From NCBI RefSeq assembly GCF_009914755.1, contig NC_060942.1: a stretch of DNA of 64,000 nucleotides, one strand, 5' to 3'. The number at the start of each line of letters is the position of its first letter. The first letter of the stretch is position 1. The notes beneath the pieces were generated by a model. That model was not told the DNA's origin. It saw only the letters and a list, made by a program, of their open reading frames with translations, and did no database searches. Source of the stretch: the human T2T-CHM13v2.0 reference genome, Homo sapiens. Below are positions 17,893 through 31,750 of the stretch, in pieces. The position numbers were made by a program, and so were the translations under genes.

Positions 17893-19472
17893 TAGAAAGT
17901 TTTGTTTTAATTAAAAATGATTTTACTAAAAAATTTGTCATTTCCTGCTTGGTTATACCTGTAAACAGGGCTTTCTATGGATGAAAAACAGGCTGGATGG
18001 TGACACACCTTTGGGGACTGCTGGGGAATTTAAGGCATTTAGAATTAGTCAGCTCTTTGGAAATGTAGTGATGAGGGTCACCTGGAAGGCCTTGAAGATC
18101 AGGAGAGATTCTATTTATGTAATAATAATAAGAGTGGCCTGCAATACCTGATGAGTTTAGGGTATGCCAGTCAGACTTTTGAGTTCCCTCTTGTTTAGTG
18201 TGTGTTGCTTGGTTCTGGGACTGTGAGTGTACCAGCCACAGCAATGGTAAAATCCCAGATCTCTGGATCACCTTAAAATCCACATTGCAGATCAACTGCA
18301 GCATCTAAACAGCACATCCAAGGAACATTAGTTAGCCCTTGCCTGAATTGGGGAACATGATAGTAGGTCTCTGTTGTGGTTGTGTTAAAGAGACAAAGAC
18401 AACCTGAATACTTCTGTTTCTTTGAGGTTAGAGATTTGTATTAATGTGGAGGATAGCTTTGTCACACGGGGCACATTCATGGGACTTTTACACGTGCGCT
18501 CCAGGATATGTAATGTAGCAGAAGCCCTCTGCGTATTTTTCTTCCTTCTTTTTCCTAGCTCACTAGGTTATCTATCTCTTGCTTCCTTTACGTGTTTTTT
18601 GTTTTTGGTGTTGGTGTTGCTGTTAAAATTTTCCCTTCATGTCTCAGCCTAGAATCAGGTATTAGAGATGGACCACTCAGGCTTCAGGGGCAAATTGTAA
18701 TTGTTAATCATATGGCATTGCCAGTCAGCCTTTAAATGAAGAGTCCCCTGACTGACCTAGGACAGGGCTGATGGAGGTTTGGCTTTTGTTTCTCTTGCTT
18801 CTACATCTTGCCTAAATAAAGGAATCATGGTATAGCAGCCAGAACCAATATAAGAAGGGATGGATTAACTTTGCTTTACCGATTTTCCCGATGCTATGTT
18901 TTCACGCCAGCTCATTAATTCACAAAATGCACAGAAGATTCTACAAAAGTCTAATGTATTTTTATGTATTAGCAATGCACAATTGGATATTGAACCTAAA
19001 AAAAAAAGAGACCTAAGTAAATGGAGAGATAAATCATGGATGTGGTACACAAGATTCAATATTGTTAAGATGTTAGATTTTCACAAATTTCAACTTTGAG
19101 GAATAAATGACTTTTAAAGACAGAAGTAATGTAACTTATCATATTAACAGACTAAAAATAAGAAAAACCCACAACATCGTATCAGTAGATGCAGAAGAAG
19201 ATTTAGTAGAATTCAATACTTATTCATGATAAAATTCCCAGCAGATAACTTTCTCAGCCTGATAAAGGACATCTACAAAGAATCTACAATTATCATACTT
19301 AATAGTGAAAGACTAAATGCTTACCCTAAGATTGGTGTACACTGCAGGGATTTCTGCTGTTACCACCTCTATTCAGCATTGTACTGGACGTTCTAGCCAG
19401 TGCAATAAAGCAAGAAAAAAGACACACATATTGGAGAGAAATAAGTTTTTATTCTTGGATAACATGATTATC

Positions 19473-19992
19473 TGCTGAGACCAGCTTGGTCGGGGAGACC
19501 CTAACCCAGTGGCACTAGAGGAATTAAAAGACACACATACAGAAATATAGAGGTGTAGAGTGGGAAATCAGGGGTCTCACAGCCTTCAGAGCTGAGAGCC
19601 ACACACAGAAATATAGAGGTGTGGAGTCTCAGCCTTCAGAGCTGAGAGCCTCTTATTGATAGCAAGCCAGTGATAAGCATTGTTCCCATAGATTATAGAT
19701 TAACTAAAAGTATTCCTTATGGGAAATAAAGGGATGGGCCGAAGTAAAGGGATGTGTTCTGGCTAGTTATCTGCAGCAGGAGCATGTCCTTAAGGCACAG
19801 ATCGCTCTTGCTATTGTTTGTGGCTTAGGAACGCCTTTAAGCAGTTTTCCACCCTGGGTGGGCCACATGTTCCTTGCTCTCATTCCGGTAAACCCACAAC
19901 CTGCCAGCGTGGGCATCATGGCCATCACGAACATGTCACAGTGCTGCAGAGATTTTGTTTATGGCCAGATTCTGGGGGGCCTATTCCCAACA
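19473..19992 (-). mobile_element. MER9 (HERV-K9/HML-3) solo LTR
   Basis: - strand tgttgggaataggcccccc...gctggtctcagca; exact 6-bp TSD ATTATC at 19467-19472 and 19993-19998. Confidence 0.92.
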
Positions 19993-20455
19993 ATTATCTA
20001 CATATAAAATCCTAAGGAATCTACAAAAAAAGAGCTAATCAGTGAGTTTAGCAAGGTTGTAGGATACAAGACCAGATATACAAATGTCTAGTGTATTTCT
20101 TTATATTAGCAATGCACAATTGGATATTGAACCTAAAAAAAAAAATAAAAAGAGAGAGACCTAAATAAATGGAGAGAGAAATCATGCATGTGGAACAGAA
20201 GATTCAATAATTGTTAAGATGTTAGATTTTCCCAGATTGGTCTGTGGGTCCAACCCCAATCAAAATCCAGACAGATGGTATTTGTGAAAATGAATAAGCT
20301 CTTCTAAAATTTATGTGGAAATACAAATGACCTAGAATAGGTAAACAGTTTTGAAAAAGAACATAGCCGGAAGATTGGAGGACTCATACTACCCGATTTC
20401 AAGACTTACTACAAAGCTGCAGTTCATCAAGATGGTATGTACTGGATAGGGATAA

Positions 20456-20803
<348 letters not shown>

Positions 20804-22232
20804 GGGCAATTACTTTTTAATGAAGATACTAAAATAATTCAGTGGGGAAGGGATATTCTTTTCAACAAACAGCGCTGGAACAGATGCAAAGAAAAAAACT
20901 TTATCTGTACAACATATGCAAAAAATAGCTTGAAATGAATCATAAACTAAGACTAAAAAAGCTTCCAGAAGAAAAAAAAAACAGGAAAATATCTTACTGT
21001 CCTTGGCTTAGGCAGTAATTTCCTAAATAGGATACAAAACCTATTATAAACTATAAAAGAAAAATTTGATAAATTGAATTTCATCAAAAATTTAAAAATA
21101 TGCTCTTCAACAGATATTAAGAAAATAAATATCCAAGCCAGAAGCTGCGACAGAATATTTGCAAAAGCTTGTATCTGATAAAGGACTTGATTTTTTTTTT
21201 AAAGTTTACAGTTTAATAAGAAAACAACCAATTTTTAAAAGGCAAAAATTTGAACAAATACTTTACCAAAGATCATATATAGATGACAAGCACATGCAAA
21301 GACTCTCACCATCATTAGTCATTAAGGAAATCCAGATTAAAAGTACTCTGAGATAACAGTATACATCAACTAGAATAGGTTGCTCTTGGTAATGCAAAAT
21401 GGTGTAGCCATTTTGAAAAACAGCTTGGCAGTTTCTTATTAAGCTAAACATGCGGTTACTTACCATAGCACCCAGGCTTCCCACTCCTAGGTATTTCTCT
21501 AAGAGAAGAAAGCATTTGCCCTCACAAAGCATGTGCGAAATGTTCCTAACAGCTCTAGTTGTAATAGCTTACAACTAGAAGGAACCCCAATGTCCATCAG
21601 TTGGTAAATGGATAAACAAATTGGGGTACATTTATTCCATGGCATGTTGCTCAGCAACTACTGATACAGACAGACAAGTAGATGAATCTTAAAAGCATTG
21701 TGCTAAGTGGAAGAAGCCAGATAATCACACTACTTACTGATTGATTCAGTTATGAAACTCAAGGAAAGGAAAAACTGCAGCGATGGAGACCAGGACGGGT
21801 TGCTAGATACCGGCAGATGGTGGAGGAGCCCAAGGGCACTTTGTGTGGCAATGGAAACGTTCTAGAGCATGATGGTGGTGCTGGTTACTTGACTTTATGT
21901 TTGTGAACACTAAATTCTGTGCTCAAGATTTACACTCCTGACCACACCCTCCCTAAGTATTACAATAGGTAATTTCTGTGGAAGGGTACCAGAAATGGCA
22001 AGTACATTCACCAGAATTGAGTATTTTTCACAGTGCAGGCACAGACTCAGATCTCCATGTTATATTCCAAGCCCAGTTACCAAATGCCCATCCAGCTAGA
22101 TGGTTCATCTGACTGTTATTGTTTCAATTCTAGGAAATGAGAAGGAAACGTGTAGATTGGTGGTGGTGTGATTTGTTGAATATGTGTTACATATGGGCTG
22201 ACTAGTTCTTTTTTATTTGTCTTATTTGACAG

Positions 22233-22340
22233 GAGTGTGAAACCAAGATTGCACAAGAGATAGCCAGTCTTTCAAAAGAGGATGTTTCCAAAGAAGAGAT
22301 GAATGAAAATGAAGAAGTTATAAATATTCTCCTTGCTCAG
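22233..22340 (+). CDS. RALBP1: RALBP1 exon 7 (ECETKIAQEI...INILLAQ)
   Basis: ttgacag|GAG...CAG|gtaacc; 108 nt. Confidence 0.96.
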
Positions 22341-22375
22341 GTAACCTAAAATCTTTTTCTCTCTTTTGCAAGACT

Positions 22376-22685
22376 CTTTTTTGTTTTTGTTTTTGAGACA
22401 AAGTCTCGCTCTTGTCCCCCAGGCTGGAGTGCGTCGAAGCGATCTCGGCTCACTGCAACCTGCAACCTCCGCCTCCCAGGCTCAAGCGATTCTCCTGCCT
22501 CGGCCCCCTGAATAGCTGGGATTGCAGGCACCTGCCACCACACCCAGCTAATTTTTGTGTTTTTAATAGAGACGGGGTTTCACCATGTTGGCCAGGCTGG
22601 TCTAGAACTCCTGACCTCAGGTGATCCGCCTGCCTCAGCCTCCCAAAGTGCTGGGATTAACAGGCGTGAGCCACCGCGCCCAGCC
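22376..22685 (-). mobile_element. AluS, 35 nt downstream of exon 7 donor
   Basis: Full dimer with small tgcaacc duplication. Confidence 0.93.
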
Positions 22686-23893
22686 TGCAAGGCTCTTAAT
22701 GGTCATTTAAAAATAGTAACTTGAGAAGCTCTACTACAGATGTGAATATTTTAACCAAAATTATAAAGTGATTTTGAGGGCCTGTGTCTGTTTTATTTGT
22801 CCCTTCCTTTATGTTGTGTTTGTTAAAATGTTCAGTTATGGCGAAAGAAACTACCTTATATTCAGTAATGACTCTTTACTGGGCATTGTTCTAGACGTTT
22901 AATCTCATTTAGTGTGCACACAGGTCCGAATTATAGGTCTTTTCCCTAATTTACAGATTAGTGGTACTTGTTCCATATTAATGAGATCAGACTTTTAAAA
23001 ATATTTTAAAAACCGTTGTACCTGACATTACAAAGTCTGGAATCCTTGAAATGTAAGAAACAGATTTTATCTAATAGTTGTTGCTAATAACACCTTTTAG
23101 ATATTTTGATTTTATTCTTTACAGGTGAAAGTCAATTGTTGGAGGCAAATTGTCTTATTAGTCCTTCATTGATTTAACAGATATCCCTTTCGTGCCTACT
23201 GTATTCCAGGCATAGAGCTGAAGATGAGCTCATTTCTTTCTGAAGTTCTCAAGTCAGCCTCACTTTGTTCTGGAAATTGCCAGAGTTTAACCAGAAAGGA
23301 ATGAAGTTCTAGGCTCTGACCACAGTGTGTCTAGGGTTCCAGAAACTCGTGTGGTTTCCCTGAAGCCCAATAGGTTTCAGTCCTTCTGTGTCACCTCTGA
23401 AACATGCGTTGTTTTGCCTCTCAGGAGCACATAGTTTTCCTTGAGGAGAGGATGAGTCCCAGATTATATCTTTGTTTCAGGGTTTTTCAGTCTGGTGTTT
23501 GTTGGAATGTCAGCTTTAGTAGGTATGCAGAGGTATAGGAAAGACATCTGTGTTCAAAAATATTTGAGCAGTACTGTGTCCTTCATCTCCTGGAGAGACG
23601 TTCTCAGCGCTGTTGGTGTTTGTGGGTAGTTCATTTTGGCATGTGACCATGGTAAATAACTACCTTCTCAGTACCTGCTCATTTGGAAAGAACGTCCGCA
23701 CCCAGCTCCTCATCCCCACAGCCACCTTCTGTTACTCTCTTAAGCTTTGTCTGCCTTGCTTCTTTTCTCTAGGTCAGAGGGGCTCTCTAGATCTTGGGCA
23801 GATAGGGATTTTTTCCCCATTCTTTTAATAAGACTGATGATCTTACCAATCTTAGAAATGCATATTGTGGTAAAGCAGAATATTGACTATTTA

Positions 23894-24200
<307 letters not shown>

Positions 24201-24734
24201 ACCCTGAGGACTTTAAAGAGGACGGTGGCTTATGGAAAGGTGAAAAAATTTCTGTAATGATCTTTCCTTCCCACTGATCTGCCTTAAAGGTGATGCTGAC
24301 ACCAGCCAGACATCTCTTGGATCCTTCTTTTCCTAGTGACCCCATCAAAGGTCACCATGGCCCTGTATATGCCTACTTTCCTGAGAGATGGGGAGGCATT
24401 AAGAGTGGGAAGCCGAAGCCAGTTTCATCCCTCAAGTCCTGGCTTTTCCCTGTGGGGGCCTCACAGGGGCCTTTGCAGTAGGAGGATATGGGGTTCCTGT
24501 GTGGCATTTTGTTATTGAGAAAAATCTAGTCATTCCCCCAAAATAACTTTACCTTTTCTCAAAGAAGCCTTTTCTTGACCCTAATGAAATAGGATGTTTT
24601 TGGTTGTGCAGTACGTAACTCGTGTTCAGCACTCAATGGGGCTCAAGAATTCAGGGCAACATGGGAGACCCTAAACAAGTGACATTTCCTGGACTAAAAC
24701 TCTCAGAGCTGTTCACCAGTGTTCATTATTTCAG

Positions 24735-24856
24735 GAGAATGAGATCCTGACTGAACAGGAGGAGCTCCTGGCCATGGAGCAGTTTCTGCGCCGGCAGATT
24801 GCCTCAGAAAAAGAAGAGATTGAACGCCTCAGAGCTGAGATTGCTGAAATTCAGAG
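24735..24856 (+). CDS. RALBP1: RALBP1 exon 8 coiled coil (ENEILTEQEELL...IAEIQ)
   Basis: tttcag|GAG...CAGAG|gtaaag; 122 nt. Confidence 0.96.
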
Positions 24857-25102
24857 GTAAAGGAAAGCCGAGGGTTTTGAAGCTTCTGAGCATGTTTCTT
24901 TAAATATAACCATAATTGTTTTAGCTCTCAGACTTTCCTACAAAAGAATTAGGCATGTGAAATTCATCATCTTTAAGTTTCTTATTTATCAGGTCCTAAG
25001 AATGGTGTTATATTGAGTAGAGTCCTGAAAACGTGGTAAATATAAAAGGAGGTCACAGACAAGCACATCCAGTAGCGTCTTCCTTTGTCTCTCATCTTGC
25101 AG

Positions 25103-25226
25103 TCGCCAGCAGCACGGCCGAAGTGAGACTGAGGAGTACTCCTCCGAGAGCGAGAGCGAGAGTGAGGATGAGGAGGAGCTGCAGATCATTCTGGAAGACT
25201 TACAGAGACAGAACGAAGAGCTGGAA
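25103..25226 (+). CDS. RALBP1: RALBP1 exon 9 (SRQQHGRSETEEYSSESESESEDEEE...EELE)
   Basis: cttgcag|T...GAA|gtgagt; 124 nt. Confidence 0.96.
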
Positions 25227-27071
25227 GTGAGTTTTGGGGGGAAATAGCCAAAATGCATACTAACTTTTAGAAAGTTGTAGAGACCACATATTTCCCCTCA
25301 GAATTGTCCTTCTTTTTCTTGGTCACCAGCTGGGAGGCTGAGTAGAGAGGAATTTAGGGGGACATCTCACCGAGAGTCTGTGGGACTTGAGCTAAGTGCT
25401 GGCCAAGCAGATGGCACCTGTGTGTCTTCCTCAGGCTGTGAACTGGAGTTCTGTGACTTTAGTGTGACATGTAGACCTTTCTCCACCCGATGTAAAGGCA
25501 AGCCTCACCTGACTGTGTCAGCTTGAGCAGCTTTGAATGACCTAGTCTCTGTTCCCAGAGAAGGTGAACAGAAAAATCAGCGCTAGTGATGGAAGAACAG
25601 TCTCCCGAGTCTCCCTGTGGGTGAAGCAAGAGACGGAGTTTCTCTTGGCCTCAGCCCGAGAAGCAGCAGGTGAGAGGGAATCGGCGCTAAGAAACTAGGA
25701 GAGGCTGCACAGTGAAGAGAAGGCAGCAGAGATAAAGGTCTAGATCACAGTTTCCCTTCTTACCCCAAATAAAATATTGTGTCCAGATATTTTGCCTAAG
25801 GATTGAGTGAGAGAAGATACCCTCTTCACAGAAAGGAATCTAAGGATAGAGGGACAGCTCTGCATCCCTCATTTGGGTTCGCTCAGTGGCTGGTGCGAAC
25901 CAGAACTACACCCTGCATAGAAAAGCAGAATTCCACACACAGCCACCCTGCACAGAGTCCTCTCTGCCGAGCCTGCGGGCAGAGCTCAGAGGCAACCACG
26001 AAGGTTCAAGGCAGAGACCCTTGCTGCGGCAGGAATGTGCTGTGGGAGGAAGCCCTGCAGGTGCTGAGACCAGGGTTGCTGGAGCTCCTGTTCAGAAAGG
26101 CCTCACATTGGCACCTGATGTTCTTTTCTTAACATTTTAAGATCGTATTAAAACTCTGAGTAGGAAAACAGAATCCAGAAGTATTGTACTTGGGGTGTAG
26201 GCTGAATTGCTGTAATAAAGAGAATAACATAGTGGTTTAAACAAGATGGTGTCTCTTGTGTGGCAGGCGGTCCAGCCCATCATCCTCCACACCACTTTTT
26301 TCCATGTAGGGTCCAATGTGGCTGCTCTGTCTTGCCACTCTTAGCAGGACTAAGTTAGCAGGGAAGGGATCAAGGCATGCCCAGTCGCCAAGGGCAGGGT
26401 GCATGCGTGGCACTCGGTGCTTGCGCTTACACCTATGCCCCCTTCGCAGAGCCTAGTCCATGCCACACCCACGCAGGGGAGGCTGGCACCTGCCACAGAG
26501 TGGAGGCCACGGCAGCAGGGCCGCTGCTATTCCTCAGGACCTAAACTTTGCCGAGTACATCCAGATGATTTAGAATTGATAGTAATTTTCTGTAGTTTGA
26601 TTGAGTAGGACATTTCAGAATTACCGTAATACTATTCACAAAAGACAAAGGATATTCACCTTTGAAACAAATCTAGTTTTTTATCTGATCTCTAACTCCC
26701 CTTTCTAATTGCTGCTAAAATTACTTTTATTTTCTCCTTGTTTAAGGGCTGTTGAGAAGCCAGTTCAAAGTTATAAGTTGTCTATTTTAAACACTAGGAT
26801 ACTGAATTATTAAAATAACGGTTTTCTGTTGGCACATGGATGTGTTTCTCTCTAGTAACCAGGAGCAGGGTTTCCAGCCTCACATTCTCAGGAGTCACGT
26901 GGCTCACTGTGCACTGTGCATTCCTGCTGTGTTTGTCTTCTGTTTCACAACCCATTGACTTAAACAAAACCAGATTCCTCTGTAGGATGCCCTTGCTAAC
27001 CGCGCTCTGCTCCTGAGAAATCGTCCTCTGACTTCCTTAAGTGATAACTGCCCTTTCTGTCATTCCCCAAG

Positions 27072-27338
27072 ATAAAGAACAATCATTTGAATCAAGCAAT
27101 TCATGAGGAGCGCGAGGCCATCATCGAGCTGCGCGTGCAGCTGCGGCTGCTCCAGATGCAGCGAGCCAAGGCCGAGCAGCAGGCGCAGGAGGACGAGGAG
27201 CCTGAGTGGCGCGGGGGTGCCGTCCAGCCGCCCAGAGACGGCGTCCTTGAGCCAAAAGCAGCTAAAGAGCAGCCAAAGGCAGGCAAGGAGCCGGCAAAGC
27301 CATCGCCCAGCAGGGATAGGAAGGAGACGTCCATCTGA
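27072..27338 (+). CDS. RALBP1: RALBP1 last coding exon (IKNNHLNQ...RDRKETSI*)
   Basis: ccccaag|ATA; TGA at 27336-27338; nine exons sum to 1968 nt = 655 aa + stop. Confidence 0.97.
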   Translation: MKNNHLNQAIHEEREAIIELRVQLRLLQMQRAKAEQQAQEDEEPEWRGGAVQPPRDGVLEPKAAKEQPKAGKEPAKPSPSRDRKETSI

Positions 27339-28976
27339 GCAGCCTGCGTGGCCGTCTGGAGTCCGTGAGACTGAAAGGACCCGTGCATCTTACTGTAACC
27401 CGGGGGCCAGGCCGGCTCTCTCGCTGTACATTCTGTAAAGGTGTCTTCTCTTCTCAGACTCTTCCTCTGTCACACGTCTGACTCCTTCACGTCAGGCTCA
27501 GGTTCCATGGGAGGACGAAGCAGTGGACGCATTGTGGGCTTTAGGGACAGATGAGTTTTCCAGATAGTGTCAGCTTATTTGAAGATTAATTTTCTTTGTT
27601 AACTTAAAATAACTATTTTAACCCTTGAGTGGCTTCTTTTTAAACCAAAAATCGTCTTTCTTTGCTTTTTTATCACAGCAGAATCAGGATCTCTTTCTCA
27701 TTCAAGGGGGGAACCACACCAGGTCAGCGCTGCGCCTGCTGTGGCCGCCGCGAGCCACGCCCTCTGGGATCTCTGGTACCGTCACTCTTGCTTGTGCCTT
27801 CCACACCTTCTCGGTGCAGATCCCTATGGGGGAGCTGCCTCACGTTCTCTGACTGGTCAGAGCAGCGCCTGGTGGGTGTTCCCTGGCCCACTCTCCTCTC
27901 TCCTTCTGCAGTTCTAAACCACAGTCTATAAGCCCGAGTCACCAGGACGGCCTGTCTGGCCACAGACAGGGGCTGCCTGTGGAGCCTGCCCACCGGCCCC
28001 CGGCAGTGCAGTCCAGCGGGGAGGAGGCTGCCCGTTCCTGCCAGTTCCTCACTGCGGGGACCAGCAAAGGCCTTCTCACTGGGTTGGTCAAAGGTAGTCA
28101 CCTTGGCCTGGTGCATCCACAGAGGATGTTGTTCAAACCAGAAATCTTTTAAACGACTGACCTTCCTTAAAAACAGAATGACTCCGATTGCTTGCTTGGG
28201 CTAGAATGTACACGTCTCCTTGCCTGAATAAGCCATATATATGCTCTTAAACAAAAGTTTGAAATTATCCATATCATCTCAGTGAACCTACTGGTGGACT
28301 CCCAATTGACAAGATTGAGCAATAGAAAAAAATTCCTTTCCTTTGAATGATAGCTGTGATTCACCCCACCCCATTTTCTTGTTTCTGGTCCATCCGATGA
28401 GACGGATGCTCTGATGCTCTGAGGCTTCTGGGAGGCTGGGCCCTGGAGGCAACGTGCTGCAGGCGCACTCTGTCAGAGTGAACAGCACCGCGAGACAGGC
28501 CAGGCTCGTGGCTCGGAAGACAAACCCCACACACACTCAAGGGGTCGAAAACAAACCCCACACGAGGGCTCTCACCTCCTTCTCCTAGGTAGTATTTATT
28601 TTCAGCACCTGTTTGATGCAGTTTTTAATCCTCTACCTATTGCACTGTTGTGACTCGTTGGCCATTATTTGATTTTTGTACGAAAAAAAGCTTTGTTATA
28701 GAAATCAGCATACTATTTTTTTAAATCTGGAGAGAAGATATTCTGGTGACTGAAAGTATGGTCGGGTGTCAGATATAAATGTGCAAATGCCTTCTTGCTG
28801 TCCTGTCGGTCTCAGTACGTTCACTTTATAGCTGCTGGCAATATCGAAGGTTCCTTTTTTGTTTGTGTAAACTCTAATTTCTATCAAGGTGTCATGGATT
28901 TTTAAAATTAGTATTTCATTACAAATGTCTCAGCATTGGTTAACTAATTTTTGCCAGGACCATTATTGATCAAGCA

Positions 28977-28982
28977 AATAAA
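28977..28982 (+). terminator. Candidate proximal polyadenylation signal of RALBP1
   Basis: AATAAA with downstream T-rich tract (gtttttttgt). Confidence 0.45.
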
Positions 28983-29435
28983 TTCAACAGCCATTTGGGA
29001 AAAAGAAAAGCTTCTAGTTTTTTTGTACACATTCTTTCTGTGAGGAGATTGAGTACTCTGCAGCTGGCGAGGAGTTGGTTGAGGCACTTCTTCAAGGCCA
29101 AGGGGGAACACAGTGTTTTGTTTCCAGCTCACTTTGTACCCCTCACCTCTGCAGACACGGGGAGAACCCCGGACCCCTGGCATGCATGCTGGCGGCGGCA
29201 TGCCTCCCTTCCACAAGCCCATGCTGCTGCAGAGGGAGCCTGTGTTTGCAAAACCCAGTGGACTGGGCTGGGTCTGCTGTCTGAGCAGCTCCTGGCTCCG
29301 GTGGGAACTGCACACAAGTCCACTGGCCTGGCTTGGCCCCAGGCATTGCAATTGACAGACATTTGCATTTCATACGGTAAATGAGGACTCAGCACAGCCA
29401 ACCATAATCAGCATGTCTGGGATAGACTGGTCTAG

Positions 29436-29488
29436 AATAAAAATGAAGTTTCCATTGCTTTGTTTGCTTTAAAAATTCCACAATTAAA
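29436..29488 (+). terminator. RALBP1 distal polyadenylation signals (AATAAA 29436-29441, ATTAAA 29483-29488)
   Basis: Canonical hexamers with downstream ttctctgttttgtgt element. Confidence 0.75.
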
Positions 29489-30383
29489 ATATCTGTCATT
29501 GAAAGCTTAGACAAACAGCTGACTTCTCTGTTTTGTGTAGTTAAATCTATAATGTTAAATTTATATAGCTAAATTCTCCTTGATGGAAAGTCTCAAACGC
29601 CCTGATGGGGTACATTTAGCATTGGGGATCTGGAGATACTGAGGTGTGAGACCTGAGGTCACCTCCCAAGATGGGCTCTAGTGCTGTGTGATCTTTTTTT
29701 TTTTTCACTGCAGCTGTTTCTGTGAAGAGCACATTGCTTGTTATGTATTAGGATATCTTAAGAACAAACACACCTTCTGCGTCCAGCCAGGCTGAGCAAG
29801 ATGCAGCCTGGGCTTTCTGGAGCTCTCGATGGGGACCCGTGCCCAATTCCATGTGTTCAGCCTCAGCCCTGGCCCATGGTTCTCATGAGGGATAGAAGGA
29901 AAAGCCGGAGTCAATTAGCAGGCAGAGGCTTCAGCATAAGATCCCACAGCTTTTAGGGAAGGTGGGCAGTGCCCCCTGGAATGTTCTAGACTAGATCCCA
30001 GGAGACCCAGGAGACGTGATAGCAAGCCTGGGCAGAGGAGGGGGCAGAAAGCCCTTAAATGCCACATGTAGGGGCTCTTTTGCAGAGCAGGAAGAGTACT
30101 GCTGCCCGTCACATGCCGGGTCCTCCGAACCTGCAAAGTGATGGATGCTCATTCTCTGCATTCTGGTGACTTTGCTGTTACTAGACAAGCATGATTCAAC
30201 AGGTGTTCAGTTCAGCCCCAGCAGATCTCGGACATCCGACCTCTGCTCCCACCGCCTAGCTCAAGTGTCAAGTGCTGTGACCGGACATCGTGCTGAACTG
30301 TTCCCGGGTCTCGTGCTAGAAACTGGCTTCTAGACAAACAGTGCGGGTACTGGAAGGAACGTGGACTTTAGGCAGGAAAGGCT

Positions 30384-30686
30384 TTTTTTATTTGTTTGTT
30401 TTTGGAGACAGAGTCTCACTCTGTTGCCCAGGTTGGAGTGCAGTGGTGTGATCTCAGCTCACTGCAACCTCTGCCTCCCAGTTCAAGCAATTCTCCTGCC
30501 TCAGCCTCCCAAGTAGCTGGGACTACAGGTGCACACCACTACCATGCCTGGCTAATTTTTTGTATTTTAGTAGAGACGGGGTTTTACCGTATTGCTCAGG
30601 CTGGTCTTGAACTCCTGAGCTCAGGCAATCCACCCACCTCGGCCTCCCAAAGTGCTGGGATTATAGGCTTGAGCCACCGCACCCAG
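30384..30686 (-). mobile_element. AluS
   Basis: Full dimer; TSD taggcaggaaag. Confidence 0.95.
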
Positions 30687-31619
30687 TGTAGGCAGGAAAG
30701 TCTGGGTTTTCTTCATAACCTTCAAAAGCAGTCTTGTTGAACTTCAGTTTTTTCATTGGCAAAATGGTGGAGATAATCTTGATTTCCAAAGGCTGCTTAG
30801 ATAAATAATGGCTAGTAAGTACCTGGCATAGGGCTTTTGGCGTCATACTCCAATTCATTTTCCCTACAGGACATGATCCGTGACTTAGTCATCATGTTAT
30901 TAACATTAAACTTTATAGTGCAGAGATGAGTCGGGGAAGAAAGAACGTAGCATTCTTTAAGATGCAGGTTTCATTTCTCAGCCTCAAGGCTCAGCTACAG
31001 AATAAGCTGTGGCCCGACTGCCTGCCTACCATTTTACAGACGGGAGACTGAGGCTCAGAGCAGTGACATGGCCTGCATGGGTCACTATTGCCCCCACTGT
31101 CGCGCACATCCCTGAGACTGAGGGAATGAAGCGTTTGTGGGGGTACCCTGGGCTCAGAGGTTCCTGCGGGATCAAAATTGCTGCATCTGGGAGGGAAAGC
31201 AGGCATGATCTGTGTCTGATATGGAGGTGCCAGCGGGGCCCCTGCCTGTGGGGCCAGAGCCTGGGTACCAGAAGGCGATGCTGAACGCTGCAGCTACAAT
31301 TAGAGCAAGAAGCTCCCCTTTGGAAGGGCAGCTCTAGCCTTCTGAAAAGGGTCACACCAGCAGTTCTTGAGTTTCTCATGTGGGGATAAAAACCCTCATA
31401 TCATCTCACTACTGTTAAGACTGTTCCAATGACAGAGAGCAGTCGGAGAGAAGGAATGGGAAGTTCTCTCGAATGAGGAGGGTTGAGTTCTGCCTCACGC
31501 ATACTGCACCACAGGCTGGCGAGGCCAGGAAGGAACTCCCTGAAGAGGGAGCCATGGTGGAGAGCTCGGCAGGCTCACACCTGCCCACTTAGGCTGACCT
31601 TGCTGTAGGGAGGCCATGG

Positions 31620-31750
31620 AAGGTACAGGACTCTCCCTTACATCAGAATTTCAGATCAACGATGGATGTTTTCTTAGTGTAACTGTAAGTATGTCCCACG
31701 CAACTGCAGTTGAATTGAGTGTCCTGTATTTTGACTCGTGAACTCTGTCC
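31620..31750. mobile_element. MER53-like hAT MITE remnant
   Basis: gaatttcagat...taagtatgtccca...gtgtcctgtatttt motifs. Confidence 0.5.

Larger units (their letters stand above)
27339..29510 (+). other. RALBP1: RALBP1 3'UTR (end approximate)
   Basis: Repeat-free sequence after stop, ending at AATAAA/ATTAAA followed by a U/GU-rich tract. Confidence 0.8.

Noticed and set aside
27724-29401. Overlapping 70-135 aa ORFs on both strands
   Set aside because: GC-rich RALBP1 3'UTR with stop-poor frames; no recognisable domain
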